DNA of 34,752 bases from a virus (lineage: Duplodnaviria > Caudoviricetes): IMG/VR virus record IMGVR_UViG_3300020044_002798, positions 1 through 34,752 of that record; one strand, 5' to 3'. The position numbers and the translations under genes were made by a program. How positions within the stretch are numbered: position 1 is the stretch's first letter; every line of letters begins with the position of its first letter. The notes beneath the pieces are model-generated. The model made no database searches. It was given only the letters and a program-made list of their open reading frames with translations, and was not told where the DNA came from. This document shows, piece by piece, positions 33,764 to 34,752 of the stretch.

Positions 33764-34752
33764 TTATGCCACAACAGTATCGATGAAGGCACCCAGATCA
33801 GCCGAAACCACTTTGTGGTCATAGGCCAAGTTGGCTTCCAGCACTTCGGCAATACCGTCAATGGCGAGATAATCACCAGTGTACGACTTGATCGAGATAC
33901 CGTGACCCGAAGCATTCTCCAGATCATCCCACGTGAAGGTATAACCAGCCGACGGGATCATCAGACCCGACGAACGGGGACGGTAGTAGAAGGCAACAGC
34001 CTTGCCACCAATGAAAGCGTTCGATTCAGCCAGACCTTCCAGACCGTTGTTACGGACGGTCTCCATGACGAGGAACTCTTCCACACCGAAGATTTCAGCC
34101 AGCTTGGCATCCGTCACCAGAGCGGTGTTCGTCACGGTAGCGCCGCCATTCAGACGAGCGAGGATCGTGGGGTGGTTAACCAGAACGTCACGGACTTCTT
34201 TACCGAGAACCATGACGTTGGGCTTGAAGCCACCCGACTTGAGTTGCACGGCACGCATGATCGCGGTAACGTCTTGAATCGGGGTCGAGTTCGTGTAGTC
34301 CGACCACTGACGAACCTGAGCGGTCGAGGGCGAACCAGCGACACCATCCCAGTCCGTACCCCAGACGCCACCAGTGAAGTAGGTCGAAGCCCACTTGATT
34401 TCACGGTCGATCAGGAGTTGGTGGGTCAGCATCTGAGCGCCAGCAGCGCGGATGTCCAGAGCGGCATCTTCGTTAGCAAGCGTGTCGAAGTCGAAGTCAG
34501 TTGCCAGCGAGTACACGTCCGTCAGGTAGGTGTCCTGCGACAGCGACATACCAACGCGCGGGGCCTGAGTGCGGGGCGCACGAGCCTGAACCTGACCAAC
34601 GCGGTTGAAATCAGCACGGTTGTAGATGTAGTACTTGTCGCTCTTCTTCGAGACCGAGACTTTCGGGAAGACGCGATCAGCAATAAAGCCGTTAGCATCC
34701 TGAAGGAAAGCAATCGTCAGGTTAGTAAGCGGGGCGTCGATATGAACGGCGC
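33764..34752 (-). CDS. Major capsid protein (5' end outside the window)
   Basis: Frame open to the window edge (..HIDAPLTNLTIAF..FIADRVFP.V.V.KKSDKYY..); WSD...PIQD, PN.MV, PSAGYTF; strong codon bias. Confidence 0.9.
   Translation of the reverse strand, partial: AVHIDAPLTNLTIAFLQDANGFIADRVFPKVSVSKKSDKYYIYNRADFNRVGQVQARAPRTQAPRVGMSLSQDTYLTDVYSLATDFDFDTLANEDAALDIRAAGAQMLTHQLLIDREIKWASTYFTGGVWGTDWDGVAGSPSTAQVRQWSDYTNSTPIQDVTAIMRAVQLKSGGFKPNVMVLGKEVRDVLVNHPTILARLNGGATVTNTALVTDAKLAEIFGVEEFLVMETVRNNGLEGLAESNAFIGGKAVAFYYRPRSSGLMIPSAGYTFTWDDLENASGHGISIKSYTGDYLAIDGIAEVLEANLAYDHKVVSADLGAFIDTVVA

Noticed and set aside
1-34752. tRNA, integrase, repressor or RNA polymerase genes
   Set aside because: No cloverleaf or diagnostic motifs seen by eye; the window is only part of the genome, so absence is not established.

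Overview
Part of a lytic-looking tailed dsDNA phage genome. The host is probably an alphaproteobacterium, inferred from promoter form and GANTC motifs. Four blocks: (1) 1-2780, a 2.5-kb segment bounded by a perfect 102-bp inverted repeat, holding a leftward small-gene operon (including a Gp88-like Cys-rich protein) and dense non-coding repeats and hairpins; (2) 2820-6840, rightward early/accessory small genes; (3) 6862-23370, a T7-like replication and nucleotide-metabolism module (primase-helicase, family A DNA polymerase split into two genes by an endonuclease VII ORF, SSB, ThyX, 5'-3' exonuclease, endonuclease I, phosphoesterase, adenine methyltransferase, MazG, class II RNR, glutaredoxin, PhoH) with four further HNH-AP2 endonucleases; (4) 23426-34752, a leftward siphovirus-type late module (capsid, head-tail, tail tube, frameshifted chaperone, tape measure, tail tip, SAR-type endolysin, spanins). 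Main leads: the intron-less, intein-less split polymerase; the inverted-repeat-bounded, possibly invertible segment; HNH insertions that leave duplicated gene ends; promoters carrying GcrA/CcrM-type GANTC motifs; a strong CCACA/TGTGG excess; and a structured leader before the tail chaperone. All family assignments are from motif recognition by eye; no searches were run.
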